From Spirochaetia bacterium (GTDB lineage: Bacteria > Bacillota > Desulfotomaculia > Desulfotomaculales > JAJYZD01), in assembly GCA_035530395.1 (NCBI GenBank), contig DATKUX010000180.1, forward strand, positions 1-25,922: a stretch of 25,922 nucleotides of DNA, read 5' to 3'. Position 1 is the first letter of the stretch. Each line of letters starts with the position of its first letter. The notes under the pieces are model-generated. The model searched no databases and was not told where the DNA came from. It saw only the letters and a list, made by a program, of their open reading frames with translations. Below are positions 17,792 to 25,922 of this stretch, piece after piece. Made by a program: the position numbers and the translations under genes.

Positions 17792-18379
17792 CTATTTAAA
17801 AACCGGACGACCAAGTGGCAATATGGGTCTTTCGAAGTGTTCCGCCCACAGTACCGCTGTTGAAGAGTAGATGCAGAACGCAGCGAATAGCAAAAGCAGG
17901 TACCCGGCTATAACGCCTGCGTTGGCTGAGCCACCTAAGATAGAAACCCCTAGTAACAGGAAGGCCACACCAACTTCTGCTATGCCTGCCATAAGCAACC
18001 AGCTTATGCGTCCGAACCCGACCGCATATGTCTCTGTGATAACAAACAACGTAACCCAGAAAACACCCATTACCTCGGGAGTGAACGCCCCTGGCTTCGG
18101 CGCCTGAATCACTTGTTGCCATAATGTAATGGCTGCGCCAAGGGTGATTACCGTGCCGAATACCCCGGATATGGTGCCCAGCAGTAATTCTCCTCTTTTG
18201 AAGAAGATGATACCGGCTAGCAGTTGTGGCAAAGAACATGCCAACAAGATCCCTATCAAGAGGGGGATCGTTGTGGGAGGCACCCATCCCGCGTAAACAG
18301 CCCCTACCGACGCGGTGAGCACAGCCACCGCATTAATAGCCCAGGGAATCTGATTGGCCCACTCTTGTTGTTGAGGCAC
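17792..18379 (-). CDS. GPR1/FUN34/YaaH (SatP-like) small carboxylate uptake transporter family protein
   Basis: 195 aa, about six hydrophobic segments (PLLIGILLACSLPQLLAGIIFFKRGELLLGTISGVFGTVI... ) with family-like layout; GTG start with upstream GGAG. Confidence 0.72.
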   Translation of the reverse strand: MPQQQEWANQIPWAINAVAVLTASVGAVYAGWVPPTTIPLLIGILLACSLPQLLAGIIFFKRGELLLGTISGVFGTVITLGAAITLWQQVIQAPKPGAFTPEVMGVFWVTLFVITETYAVGFGRISWLLMAGIAEVGVAFLLLGVSILGGSANAGVIAGYLLLLFAAFCIYSSTAVLWAEHFERPILPLGRPVFK

Positions 18380-18421
18380 TGTTTATTCACTCCTTTCTAG
18401 TGGCGGACAGTCCGTGCGCCG

Positions 18422-20257
18422 CTAGAGTAACGTGATAACCCCCTGGTTGCCGTCCACCCGGATCAACTGTCCGGTTTTAATGGTCGATGTGGCGAAACCG
18501 GTACCTACTACGGCCGGCAAGCCATACTCCCGGCACACGATGGCCGCATGGGACATGATTCCGCCGACATCCGTGACGCAGGCCCTGATTCTGGTAAAGA
18601 TCGGTGCCCAACTGGGGGAGGTGGTGGCCGCGACCAGAATCTCGCCCTCCTGCAGGGTATTGAGCTCTTCCAAGGTCCGGATCACCTTGGCTTTGCCTTC
18701 CACAACTCCCGCCGACCCGGCGAAGCCGCTTAATTCCTTGACATCCGCGAGGTTCACCTTACCCGCGGAGAGCCACGCGTCCATCGATTTGCTGGTTATC
18801 CCCCACAACATGATCGTGAAGGGTTCGCTTATGGTCTCCGGCGCAACCCCCAGGGCCGGTGGAGGCATGAATTCCCTGAACTTGTTGATGACATCCTTGC
18901 GCCAGGCGATTTCCGGCGGCCAGTAGGACGGCCCGCGGCCTTTGACCCCGGTGGCCCAGGCCGTCAGGAGATCATACAGCGCTTCCTGGATCTCGTAGCG
19001 GTTAAGGTACCAGATGTCCTCCCCATCGGCAAAGAAACCATGATTGACAAAAATCCGGGACAATTCACGGATTTTGTTCCAAAACACACCATGGAACCAG
19101 TGCTCCACGTAGAAATTATGGTTTTCGACATAGGGGAAAACCCTTTGGGCCACGGCAATCAACTGCCGGAAAGTATTCCGGTCATCTTCCGCAGCCAAAA
19201 GGTCCGTATATTCGGCGATGATCCGGTCCCGCTCCAGGCGCACCTGTTCCAACGGGCGGGCCAGGCTTTGCCCTTTTTCCAGTTTCCCGATATAGCTCTG
19301 GATGGCCATGAAAGGTATTTCCAACCGGTCCAGCCAGGAATAGTGGTCATGGTACCACCCGGTCCCCGAAGACAGGTAGAACCACGGGTATTTAGCCTTC
19401 TCCAGTCGGTCCAGCCACTGGCGCCCCGGTTCGGTGGTACCCAGCCGGTCGATGATTTCCTGGGGCCGGGAAGACGACTTGACGATTTCAGCCACGCCGA
19501 GATCGACGGCCGCCTGGGCCAGTTCTTTCAACCTCTCGTCCGGCTGGAACAATATCACGTCGATGCCGGCCACCATCTGGGTAATCGTCCGGTCCTCGAT
19601 GCCGGGGAAAGCCTTGTGGCAGAACTCGGTCAAGGGAAGGTAGGCGGCGTAGCCCAGGTTCAAGAATTCGAAGTGGTACTGCCAGGCCCGCAGCGCACAA
19701 TCGATCAAATGGGTGTAGGTTTTGGTCAACTGGTAACCACTGCTTAAGCCAATGCCCTCAAAAACCAGGGAGCTATCCTCCATCTCGGGAAGGTCTTTGA
19801 TCTCGATATCTTCCAGTTCCTTGATAAGGGCCTCCATTTTCTTCTGCCACTTGGCGTACAACTCATCCCAGTTCTCATAGTAAAAGCCGGCGCGCTCCAA
19901 AAAGTGGGGCAACCTTTCCTGAATCTTCGCCGGATCGGTTACCGGTACCGGGCTGATATAGATATATCCGTTAACGATGCGATGATCTATACCCAAAGCC
20001 GGTGGGATCATGAAAATCCTGCTGTTATACTGTGATAGGGCCATAAACCAGGCTTCATCCCAGATCAGGTCGAAAGGGTACATGGGCTCGGGGTAGTGAA
20101 GCCCGTCGTAATACCAGAGGACACTTTCCTCATAGGCTTTTCTCTCCGGATCATCCTTGCTGACCCGGTAAAAGTACGGATACATCCTTTCCCAGCCCTC
20201 GGTACCGGGAATCGTCTTTACCTCGCTGGGCATGGTGAATGCCCTCTGCTCGGCCAT
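18422..20257 (-). CDS. PEP-utilizing phosphohistidine (swivel) domain protein, PpsA-like (phenylphosphate synthase alpha-like)
   Basis: VKTIPGTEGWERMYPYFYRVSKDDPERKAYEE...YYDGLHYPEPMYPFDLIWDEAWFMALSQYNSRIF... and C-terminal swivel motif VTDVGGIMSHAAIVCREYGLPAVVGTGFAT. Start at 20257 with GGAGG RBS. Confidence 0.8.
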   Translation of the reverse strand: MAEQRAFTMPSEVKTIPGTEGWERMYPYFYRVSKDDPERKAYEESVLWYYDGLHYPEPMYPFDLIWDEAWFMALSQYNSRIFMIPPALGIDHRIVNGYIYISPVPVTDPAKIQERLPHFLERAGFYYENWDELYAKWQKKMEALIKELEDIEIKDLPEMEDSSLVFEGIGLSSGYQLTKTYTHLIDCALRAWQYHFEFLNLGYAAYLPLTEFCHKAFPGIEDRTITQMVAGIDVILFQPDERLKELAQAAVDLGVAEIVKSSSRPQEIIDRLGTTEPGRQWLDRLEKAKYPWFYLSSGTGWYHDHYSWLDRLEIPFMAIQSYIGKLEKGQSLARPLEQVRLERDRIIAEYTDLLAAEDDRNTFRQLIAVAQRVFPYVENHNFYVEHWFHGVFWNKIRELSRIFVNHGFFADGEDIWYLNRYEIQEALYDLLTAWATGVKGRGPSYWPPEIAWRKDVINKFREFMPPPALGVAPETISEPFTIMLWGITSKSMDAWLSAGKVNLADVKELSGFAGSAGVVEGKAKVIRTLEELNTLQEGEILVAATTSPSWAPIFTRIRACVTDVGGIMSHAAIVCREYGLPAVVGTGFATSTIKTGQLIRVDGNQGVITLL

Positions 20258-20342
20258 AATCACTTACCTCCTTTGCGTTCAATTTGGGAATCTCCACCGA
20301 ACATGCTAGCCGCCTGCGAAAGGCAGTTCGCTGATTCCTGAT

Positions 20343-22292
20343 CTATTCACCTCCTAAACTGGTTATCAACTTTAAAGCCAACTGTACCTGCAGGTTCGTC
20401 TCCGGATCGTCTAAATCGATGTGGGCGATTTCCCTGATTCTTTTCAGCCGGTATCTCAGGGTGCCCGGGCTCAGGAAGCCTTTCCGCGCCGCTTTGAGGA
20501 TATTGCAATTGTTTTGGTAGTAAAGGTCCAGGGTGGACAGCAGGTGGGATCCGTGTTTTTCCTCGTAGGCCAGCAGCGGGCCGATAACCCGGCCGGCAAA
20601 CTCCTTGAAGGCCTCCCGGTTGATAGAAAGCAGGCTGAAGACACCGAGTTGCTCGTAGGCGAAAGAGCAGTTCCGGCGCCCCAGGGACCGGGCGATTTCC
20701 AGGCAGGCCCGGGCTTCGCGGTAGGAACGGGCGAAATCGGTGACCGTAAAACAGGGCGCGCCTATGCCCAGCCACCAGGTTTCATGAGCCATCTGGACGG
20801 AGAGTTGGTTGGCCAGGTTGTGGAGGACGGTCAAAGACTGGTTGTTTATCTTGTTTGGTTCGGCAGCAGGATCCGGTATCAACATGATGAGATTATTATT
20901 GTATTCAGCGAGAAGGGCGAAGATATGGGCGGATCTTATCGTCCGGTCCACTATTTGCAGCAGGTTCCTGCGGCCGCCCGAAACAGGCGGGGCAGGTCTG
21001 GTGCCCGGATACCTCGCATTGGTCTCCAGAACCACCACGCGGTGAACCTGGGACAAATCCAGTCCAAGCTGCCTTGCCTTCCAAATCACCCCTTCTTCAA
21101 ATTCGTAGCTGCCTTCCATCAATTCCTTCAAAAAGTTTTTCCTGAGTCTAAGTTCGGTTTCAAATGCGGCCTTTTGTTTCAACAAGTCAAGAGCGACTAC
21201 CGTGCTGGTGTGTTCCAGGGCGATATAATCGAGTTCGTTCAATTTGCGCTTACCTTCCAGCGTGGCCACAAAGCCCAGATGATCCTGTCCGGCGATGACC
21301 GGAAGGACTATCAGCTGGTCCTCGTTCCCTTCCGGTGTGGTCCCGTTCAACCGGATGAGACGTTTACCCTGAAAGAGGGACAATATCTCTTCCTTGCGGG
21401 CCGGGTCCGCGCTGGCGTTTTGCCAGGTTGCCCGCAGGTCGGAACCACCGGCGGCCGGCCTTAGGCAGACTGCCAGGGGAAAAAGAGACTGGTCCGTGAC
21501 GATAACGGAATTATCAATTATTTCGGCCAGGCTCCTGGTAATGGCATCGAGACCGTGTCCTTCGAGGACCAGGTTGGTAAGCAGGTTATGGATGGTCATT
21601 GATTTTTGCAGGGCCGCATGCTGGGAAGACAGCACGTTGTTCAGTTTGCGCAATTGGGTCAGGTTATCCTGTAATTTAAGATTGCTCTGCGCGCAAATTC
21701 TGGCGTTGCCGAGGACTGTGGATACCTGGCAACCCAGGAGGTACAGGAAATCCTGGTCGTACCTGGTGAACGGCCTGCCGCCCAGTTTGTCGACGGCCAA
21801 AAGGGCGCCGATATTCCGGCCGGCGAAGGAGAGCGGGACTCCGCAAAGGTTCCGGGCTCTGACGGCCGGGGCTTCGTTCAGTTGGAGCAGCGATGTCTCG
21901 TTCAGGAGGAGCGGGCTGCTCAGTTGCAAAATGTCGGCCAGGGGCCCCCGGGTGACGGCGGCGGAATGCCTTTGCACTTCGTCGTCCCGGCTGTGGTCGT
22001 AGAGAGATAATTCCCGCCCCTCCTCCATCGCCAGAACCAGGTAAGCCTTCTCGGCCTGGAGCAAGGCGCGGGCGTGGCGGACCAACCGATCCGGCAAGTC
22101 CGTGGAATCGACATGGCGGTGGAGATCCATAACGGCCTTATATACGGAGCGCCAGCGAGTCAGCAAATGTCTTTCGGCCACGTCCAGTTTAACCGTTCGG
22201 GCCACCGGTAGATTCTCGGTAATGTGGATCACCCCCCTGTTCCAGTCTTCCGGGGGACCGGTTGACGGCGGCCAAAAAGGACGCCTGCTCAA
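20343..22292 (-). CDS. GAF-domain PucR/CdaR-type transcriptional regulator
   Basis: GAF-like segments (KAYLVLAMEEGRELSLYD..., RNLCGVPLSFAGRNIGALLAVDKLGG) and C-terminal PucR HTH (LLSTLDLYYQNNCNILKAARKGFLSPGTLRYRLKRIREIAHIDLDDPETNLQVQLALKL). The exact start is uncertain. Confidence 0.85.
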   Translation of the reverse strand: MSRRPFWPPSTGPPEDWNRGVIHITENLPVARTVKLDVAERHLLTRWRSVYKAVMDLHRHVDSTDLPDRLVRHARALLQAEKAYLVLAMEEGRELSLYDHSRDDEVQRHSAAVTRGPLADILQLSSPLLLNETSLLQLNEAPAVRARNLCGVPLSFAGRNIGALLAVDKLGGRPFTRYDQDFLYLLGCQVSTVLGNARICAQSNLKLQDNLTQLRKLNNVLSSQHAALQKSMTIHNLLTNLVLEGHGLDAITRSLAEIIDNSVIVTDQSLFPLAVCLRPAAGGSDLRATWQNASADPARKEEILSLFQGKRLIRLNGTTPEGNEDQLIVLPVIAGQDHLGFVATLEGKRKLNELDYIALEHTSTVVALDLLKQKAAFETELRLRKNFLKELMEGSYEFEEGVIWKARQLGLDLSQVHRVVVLETNARYPGTRPAPPVSGGRRNLLQIVDRTIRSAHIFALLAEYNNNLIMLIPDPAAEPNKINNQSLTVLHNLANQLSVQMAHETWWLGIGAPCFTVTDFARSYREARACLEIARSLGRRNCSFAYEQLGVFSLLSINREAFKEFAGRVIGPLLAYEEKHGSHLLSTLDLYYQNNCNILKAARKGFLSPGTLRYRLKRIREIAHIDLDDPETNLQVQLALKLITSLGGE

Positions 22293-22546
22293 GCGGTACC
22301 CGGTTTTGCGAAGAGACCACCCTATGACCTGCCAAGCCTGTATCTGGACCGGGAGGGGACCGGATCACCCCGCGGGGTCGGGGGCCGGAGGATCTGCAAT
22401 TCGGAAATGGTTCGGATCATCCCGGGCGAAGTTGGCTTGACCCGGGCACTGTGCGTGTTAGTGCCAATTGACGACGGGAGTAGGACGATGACTGTTCGCT
22501 GAAAGAGAGACGGAGCAGATGTTCCGGATAGTAGGGTAAGAATTAC

Positions 22547-22614
22547 GTCTATAGATATTTTAGTCAATAGTTGACCAACCTGTCTATAGCACAATATTGC
22601 AAAAATTCAGTCAA
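22547..22614 (-). promoter_or_regulatory. AT-rich regulatory island with operator-like repeats upstream of the PucR-type regulator
   Basis: Perfect inverted repeat GTCAA-tag-TTGAC (22563..22575), GTCTATAG repeated at 22547 and 22582, each followed by AGTCAA (22562, 22609; minus-strand TTGACT), and CAATATTG palindrome (22592..22599). Confidence 0.45.
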
Positions 22615-22662
22615 CTCCTTTGTCCAATTCGGTTAAAACCTTGTACTGACGTCGGCCCGGGC

Positions 22663-22694
22663 CGGTCATCGGCCTAATAATTTCCGAATGACCG
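22663..22694. other. Imperfect hairpin in the ubiX-pucR gap (CGGTCATCGG / CCGaATGACCG)
   Basis: About 10 bp stem with one bulged A and 11-nt loop, just beyond the UbiX stop codon on the downstream side; no T-tract. Confidence 0.35.
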
Positions 22695-22795
22695 CGCAAT
22701 GTCCTCCTGCCGGGCGGCCAAAATCATCCGACCGGTTGTGAGGGTGTCTTACAAGATCCACCGACCGGACCCGCGTTACCACGGCAGACGAAACC

Positions 22796-23365
22796 CTAAC
22801 GGCTGTGGTCGCCCCAGCGCCGGAATAGATCATGTTCGATGGCGAATTGATCCAGTATTTTGCCCACCGTCTGATTGACGATGTCGTCAAGGGTGACGGG
22901 CAGGTGATAGAAGGCCGGCATGGGGGGAAGGACGACGGCGCCCAGTTCGGCCACTGCAACCAACAACTTCAAGTGGCCCGCATGCAGGGGGGTCTCCCGG
23001 GGAACAACCACCAGTTTTCTTCTTTCCTTGAGGGTGACATCGGCCGCGCGGACCAGGAGATTGTCGTTGTAAGAGTTGGCAATGGCCGAAACTGTCTTCA
23101 TCGAACAGGGTACAACGACCATTCCGTCCGTCCTGAACGAACCGCTGGCCACCGCAGCCCCGATATCGGAGTTGTCGTAGACGCGGTGGGCCAATCTCCC
23201 TACCTGCTCGACGGAATAGGCGGTTTCCAGCCTGATTGTCCTCCCGGCCGCCTCCGAGACAACCAGGTGAGTCTCGATTTCCGGACAGGCAGAAAGGGTC
23301 TCCAAAAGCCTGATCCCGTATATGGCCCCCGAGGCACCCGATATCCCCACCACAATCCTGGTCAT
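22796..23365 (-). CDS. ubiX: UbiX-like flavin prenyltransferase
   Basis: 189 aa from MTRIVVGISGASGAIYGIRLLETL; VVPCSMKTVSAIANSYNDNLLVRAADVTLKERRKLVVVPRETPLHAGHL; upstream extension in the ORF track is not homologous-looking. Confidence 0.92.
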   Translation of the reverse strand: MTRIVVGISGASGAIYGIRLLETLSACPEIETHLVVSEAAGRTIRLETAYSVEQVGRLAHRVYDNSDIGAAVASGSFRTDGMVVVPCSMKTVSAIANSYNDNLLVRAADVTLKERRKLVVVPRETPLHAGHLKLLVAVAELGAVVLPPMPAFYHLPVTLDDIVNQTVGKILDQFAIEHDLFRRWGDHSR

Positions 23366-23617
23366 GTCGCCACCCCCGCTGATATTGTCCATTGTTCCTG
23401 CCGGGCAAACGCCTAGGTGCTTGGAGAGTCCAACGGGTCGTCCGCTTTGCTTAGGCCCATTGTACAACAGACCCCGGGGGAAAACCATATCCATATGTAG
23501 CAAAAAATGTGAAGAAAAATTGGCTAAATTCGGCCATCCATGGCCGCGGCACATGGCCGGGGGGAAAGGACCAGACATTGCCGGGTGGCAAAGCCGGCCC
23601 GCCTGGTGGGTAGCGGG

Positions 23618-23653
23618 CAAAAAGAAAATCGTCCCGGCGACCGGGACGATTTT
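23618..23653 (-). terminator. Rho-independent terminator downstream of the 4-hydroxybenzoyl-CoA reductase alpha-like gene
   Basis: Minus strand AAAATCGTCCCGG-tcg-CCGGGACGATTTT followed by CTTTTT; perfect 13-bp stem (arms 23625..23637 and 23641..23653). Confidence 0.87.
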
Positions 23654-23750
23654 GGACAAAGTGCCGATGTCGGGATCCGTCAGGCAAGAGGGCTGGCTGG
23701 CAGCGCGGCGGAAAGGTCCCTTTAACGGCGCGGACCTCCTATCCGGATCC

Positions 23751-25922
23751 TCATCCCTCCTGGGCCCGCTTCTCCTTCAGGGCCCGCCAGACCTTCTCAT
23801 AAGACAGCGGCAGGCTGTCCAGCCGGATACCCATGGCGTCGTAAATAGCGTTGGCGTAGCAGCCCATGGTGGGTATGGTGGCACCCTCCCCCACCTCTTT
23901 GACGCCCCACGGACCGGCCGGCTCCGGTTCCTCGCTATAGACCAGGGCCGAGGTTATCCGGGGCATATCCAAAGCCGTCGGCAGACGGTACTCACCCAGG
24001 TTCCCGTTGAGGATTTTGCCCTTATCGTCAAAGATAACCTGTTCCCAAATCGACTCGCCCATACCCATGAAGAGGGCCCCGTGCACCTGGGCGTGCAACA
24101 GCGACGGGTTGATCACCATGCCGCAGTCGTGCACGTCCCAGACTTCGGCCACCTTGATCTCCCCCGTCTCGGCGTCGATCTCCACTTCGCTGATCTGGGT
24201 GGCGAAGCTATAGGCAGGCGAAGTTCCCACCGCCGCTCCCTTGAACTTCCCGCCCAGCTTGGGCGGCGCATAGGAGCCCTTCCCCACCAGCGGACCCCGT
24301 TTGACGAAAAAGGTGCGGGCTACCTCGGCGAAAGTGAACTTGGCCTCGCCGGTCTCCCGGTCGAAAATTACGCCTAAACGGCAGTCGAGACTGGCCGCAT
24401 CCACCGCCAGTAGTTCGGCCGCCATTCCCATCAGCTGGGTCTTCACCTCTTCACCAGCCCGCTTGACGGCCCAGCCGGACATCAGGGTCTGGCGGCTGGC
24501 GTAGGCGCCGAAATCGTGGGGGGCGGTTTCGGTGTCCGCGGACACGATCTTCATGTTGTCATAGGTAAAGCCCATGGCCTCGGCCGCCATCTGACAGAGG
24601 ACGGTGTCACTCCCCTGGCCGATGTCCACCGCCCCGGTATACAGGGTGGCCGAGGTGCCGTCCTCGTTGACCCGGACGACGGCGGAGGCATGAGGTAGAT
24701 CGGTGCGGTAGATGGGATAACCCGCCCCGGAAACGAAGCTGCCCACGGCGACGCCGATGCCGCGGCCCGGCGGCAGGTGGCCCTTCTTTTCGTCCCAGCC
24801 GGACAGTTCGCGCGCCTTTTCTATGCAGGCCGCCATCTCACAGGAATTAACCTGAAAGTCGTTCGGGGTAACGGTATTGGGCCGCCGGGCGTTGACCAGC
24901 CGCAATTGCAGCGGGTCCATCCCCAGGTCCTTCGCTACCATGTCCAGGTGGCACTCCAGGGCGTAGCGGGGTTGCGGAGCCCCGTGGCCGCGCTGGGCGC
25001 CGCAGGCCGGCAGGTTGGTGTAAACACGGTACATATCGAACTTGAAGTTGTCAAACTCATAGGTTAGGGGCAGCATGGCCCCGGCATAGTAGGCGCTGGC
25101 CACGCCCAGACTGGTGTAAGCGCCCCCGTCCATGATGAAGTTGGCGTGCAGGCCCAGGATACGGCCGTCCTTATCCACCCCGGTGGTGACCTCCATGTAC
25201 TGGCGGTGCCGGCCCCGGTTGTGGGCAAACATCTCGTGGCGGTCGTAGAACATGCGGACCGGTCGCCCGGTCAGACGGGCCAGAACCGCCCCGGCAAACT
25301 CCAGGCCGGTTGGTTCCAGCTTGCCGCCGAATCCCCCGCCCACGAAAGGCTTGATTACCCGGACGTCGCCCATCGGCAGTCCGAACTCCCGGGCCAGGTA
25401 ATACTGGAAATAGTGGGGCGACTGGGTGCTGGAGTAGACCGTGAGCTTGCCGTCCTGCCACATGGATATGGCCGAATGGGGTTCGATCGGGCACTGGTAC
25501 GTCCTCTGGCCCACAAAACGGTCGGTGCGTACGTGGTAGGCCCCGGCAAAGGCCTGGTCCACATCGCCGAAGTGCTGGTGGATCTCGGTGTTGATATTCC
25601 TGGGGAACTCGTCGTGGATCTGGGCCGTCTCCTCATTCATGGCCTTTAACGGGTCCAGGACGGTCGGTAGCTCCTCGTATTCCACCTTGATCAACTTAAG
25701 GGCTTTGTAAACGGTCTCCTCGTCCAGGGCGGCCACAGCCGCCACCTTGTCGCCGACGAAGCGAACCTTATCGATGCAAAAGATGTTCTCGTCCCAGCGG
25801 GCCGGACTGATCCCGTATTTCATCTCCGGCACGTCGCGATGGGTAATCACCGCTTTGACCCCGGGCAGCTTCTCGGCCTCGCTGGTGTCGATGCTCAGGA
25901 TACGGGCGTGGGCATGCGGGCT
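23751..25922 (-). CDS. Xanthine-oxidase-family molybdenum hydroxylase large subunit, 4-hydroxybenzoyl-CoA reductase alpha-like (5' end beyond right edge)
   Basis: FVGDKVAAVAALDEETVYKAL, VGGGFGGKLEPTGLEFAG, GAQRGHGAPQPRYALE, GAVDIGQGSDTVL, PWGVKEVGEGATIPT. The frame stays open to 25922 (SPHAHARILSIDTSEAEKLPGVKAVITHRDVPEM). Confidence 0.85.
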   Translation of the reverse strand, partial: SPHAHARILSIDTSEAEKLPGVKAVITHRDVPEMKYGISPARWDENIFCIDKVRFVGDKVAAVAALDEETVYKALKLIKVEYEELPTVLDPLKAMNEETAQIHDEFPRNINTEIHQHFGDVDQAFAGAYHVRTDRFVGQRTYQCPIEPHSAISMWQDGKLTVYSSTQSPHYFQYYLAREFGLPMGDVRVIKPFVGGGFGGKLEPTGLEFAGAVLARLTGRPVRMFYDRHEMFAHNRGRHRQYMEVTTGVDKDGRILGLHANFIMDGGAYTSLGVASAYYAGAMLPLTYEFDNFKFDMYRVYTNLPACGAQRGHGAPQPRYALECHLDMVAKDLGMDPLQLRLVNARRPNTVTPNDFQVNSCEMAACIEKARELSGWDEKKGHLPPGRGIGVAVGSFVSGAGYPIYRTDLPHASAVVRVNEDGTSATLYTGAVDIGQGSDTVLCQMAAEAMGFTYDNMKIVSADTETAPHDFGAYASRQTLMSGWAVKRAGEEVKTQLMGMAAELLAVDAASLDCRLGVIFDRETGEAKFTFAEVARTFFVKRGPLVGKGSYAPPKLGGKFKGAAVGTSPAYSFATQISEVEIDAETGEIKVAEVWDVHDCGMVINPSLLHAQVHGALFMGMGESIWEQVIFDDKGKILNGNLGEYRLPTALDMPRITSALVYSEEPEPAGPWGVKEVGEGATIPTMGCYANAIYDAMGIRLDSLPLSYEKVWRALKEKRAQEG

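Noticed and set aside
22453-22466. Sigma-54-like TGGCACtaacacGC on the minus strand upstream of the PucR-type gene
   Set aside because: The GG to GC spacing is one base short of the strict requirement and the -12 TTGC is not matched; also part of a GCACT...AGTGC inverted repeat.
22322-22959. Small minus-strand ORFs 22322..22594 and 22666..22959 as novel small proteins
   Set aside because: Composition looks random; the first spans operator-like repeats and the second overlaps the 3' end of ubiX out of frame. No RBS or family evidence was seen.
23472-23500. TTCACattttTTGCT on the minus strand upstream of ubiX as a sigma-54 site
   Set aside because: The -12 element and spacing fit, but the invariant GG of the -24 element is TT.

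Overview
The window is almost entirely minus-strand coding, GC-rich and probably Firmicutes-like (taxon is inference). All product calls come from reading motifs and remembered families; no searches were run. Left third (1-4.4 kb): an operon-like set, in transcription order iorA (split by an apparent 1-nt frameshift), iorB, a D-2-hydroxyacid dehydrogenase and an AMP-forming acyl-CoA ligase. It is preceded by an excellent sigma-54 promoter match (TGGCACGctatTTGC, minus strand, 4387..4401) and by a gene for a PAS/AAA+ sigma-54 activator. Next come a second sigma-54 activator, trmL-like, nth-like and CoA-binding genes. Two tandem duplications then face each other: two plus-strand polysaccharide deacetylases and two minus-strand HD-domain proteins. 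Right half (12.6-25.9 kb): a candidate anaerobic phenol / phenolic-acid pathway cluster, with HAD phosphatase, aryl/acyl-CoA ligase, UbiD-family decarboxylase, a PEP-synthase N-domain protein (PpsB-like), a GPR1/FUN34/YaaH transporter, a phosphohistidine-domain protein (PpsA-like), a GAF/PucR-type regulator, a UbiX-like flavin prenyltransferase and a xanthine-oxidase-family subunit resembling 4-hydroxybenzoyl-CoA reductase alpha (cut by the right edge). The most interesting item is this compact phenylphosphate synthase/carboxylase-like set. It has a single UbiD, a transporter between the two synthase-like genes, and no visible PpsC (CBS) or PpcC subunit.
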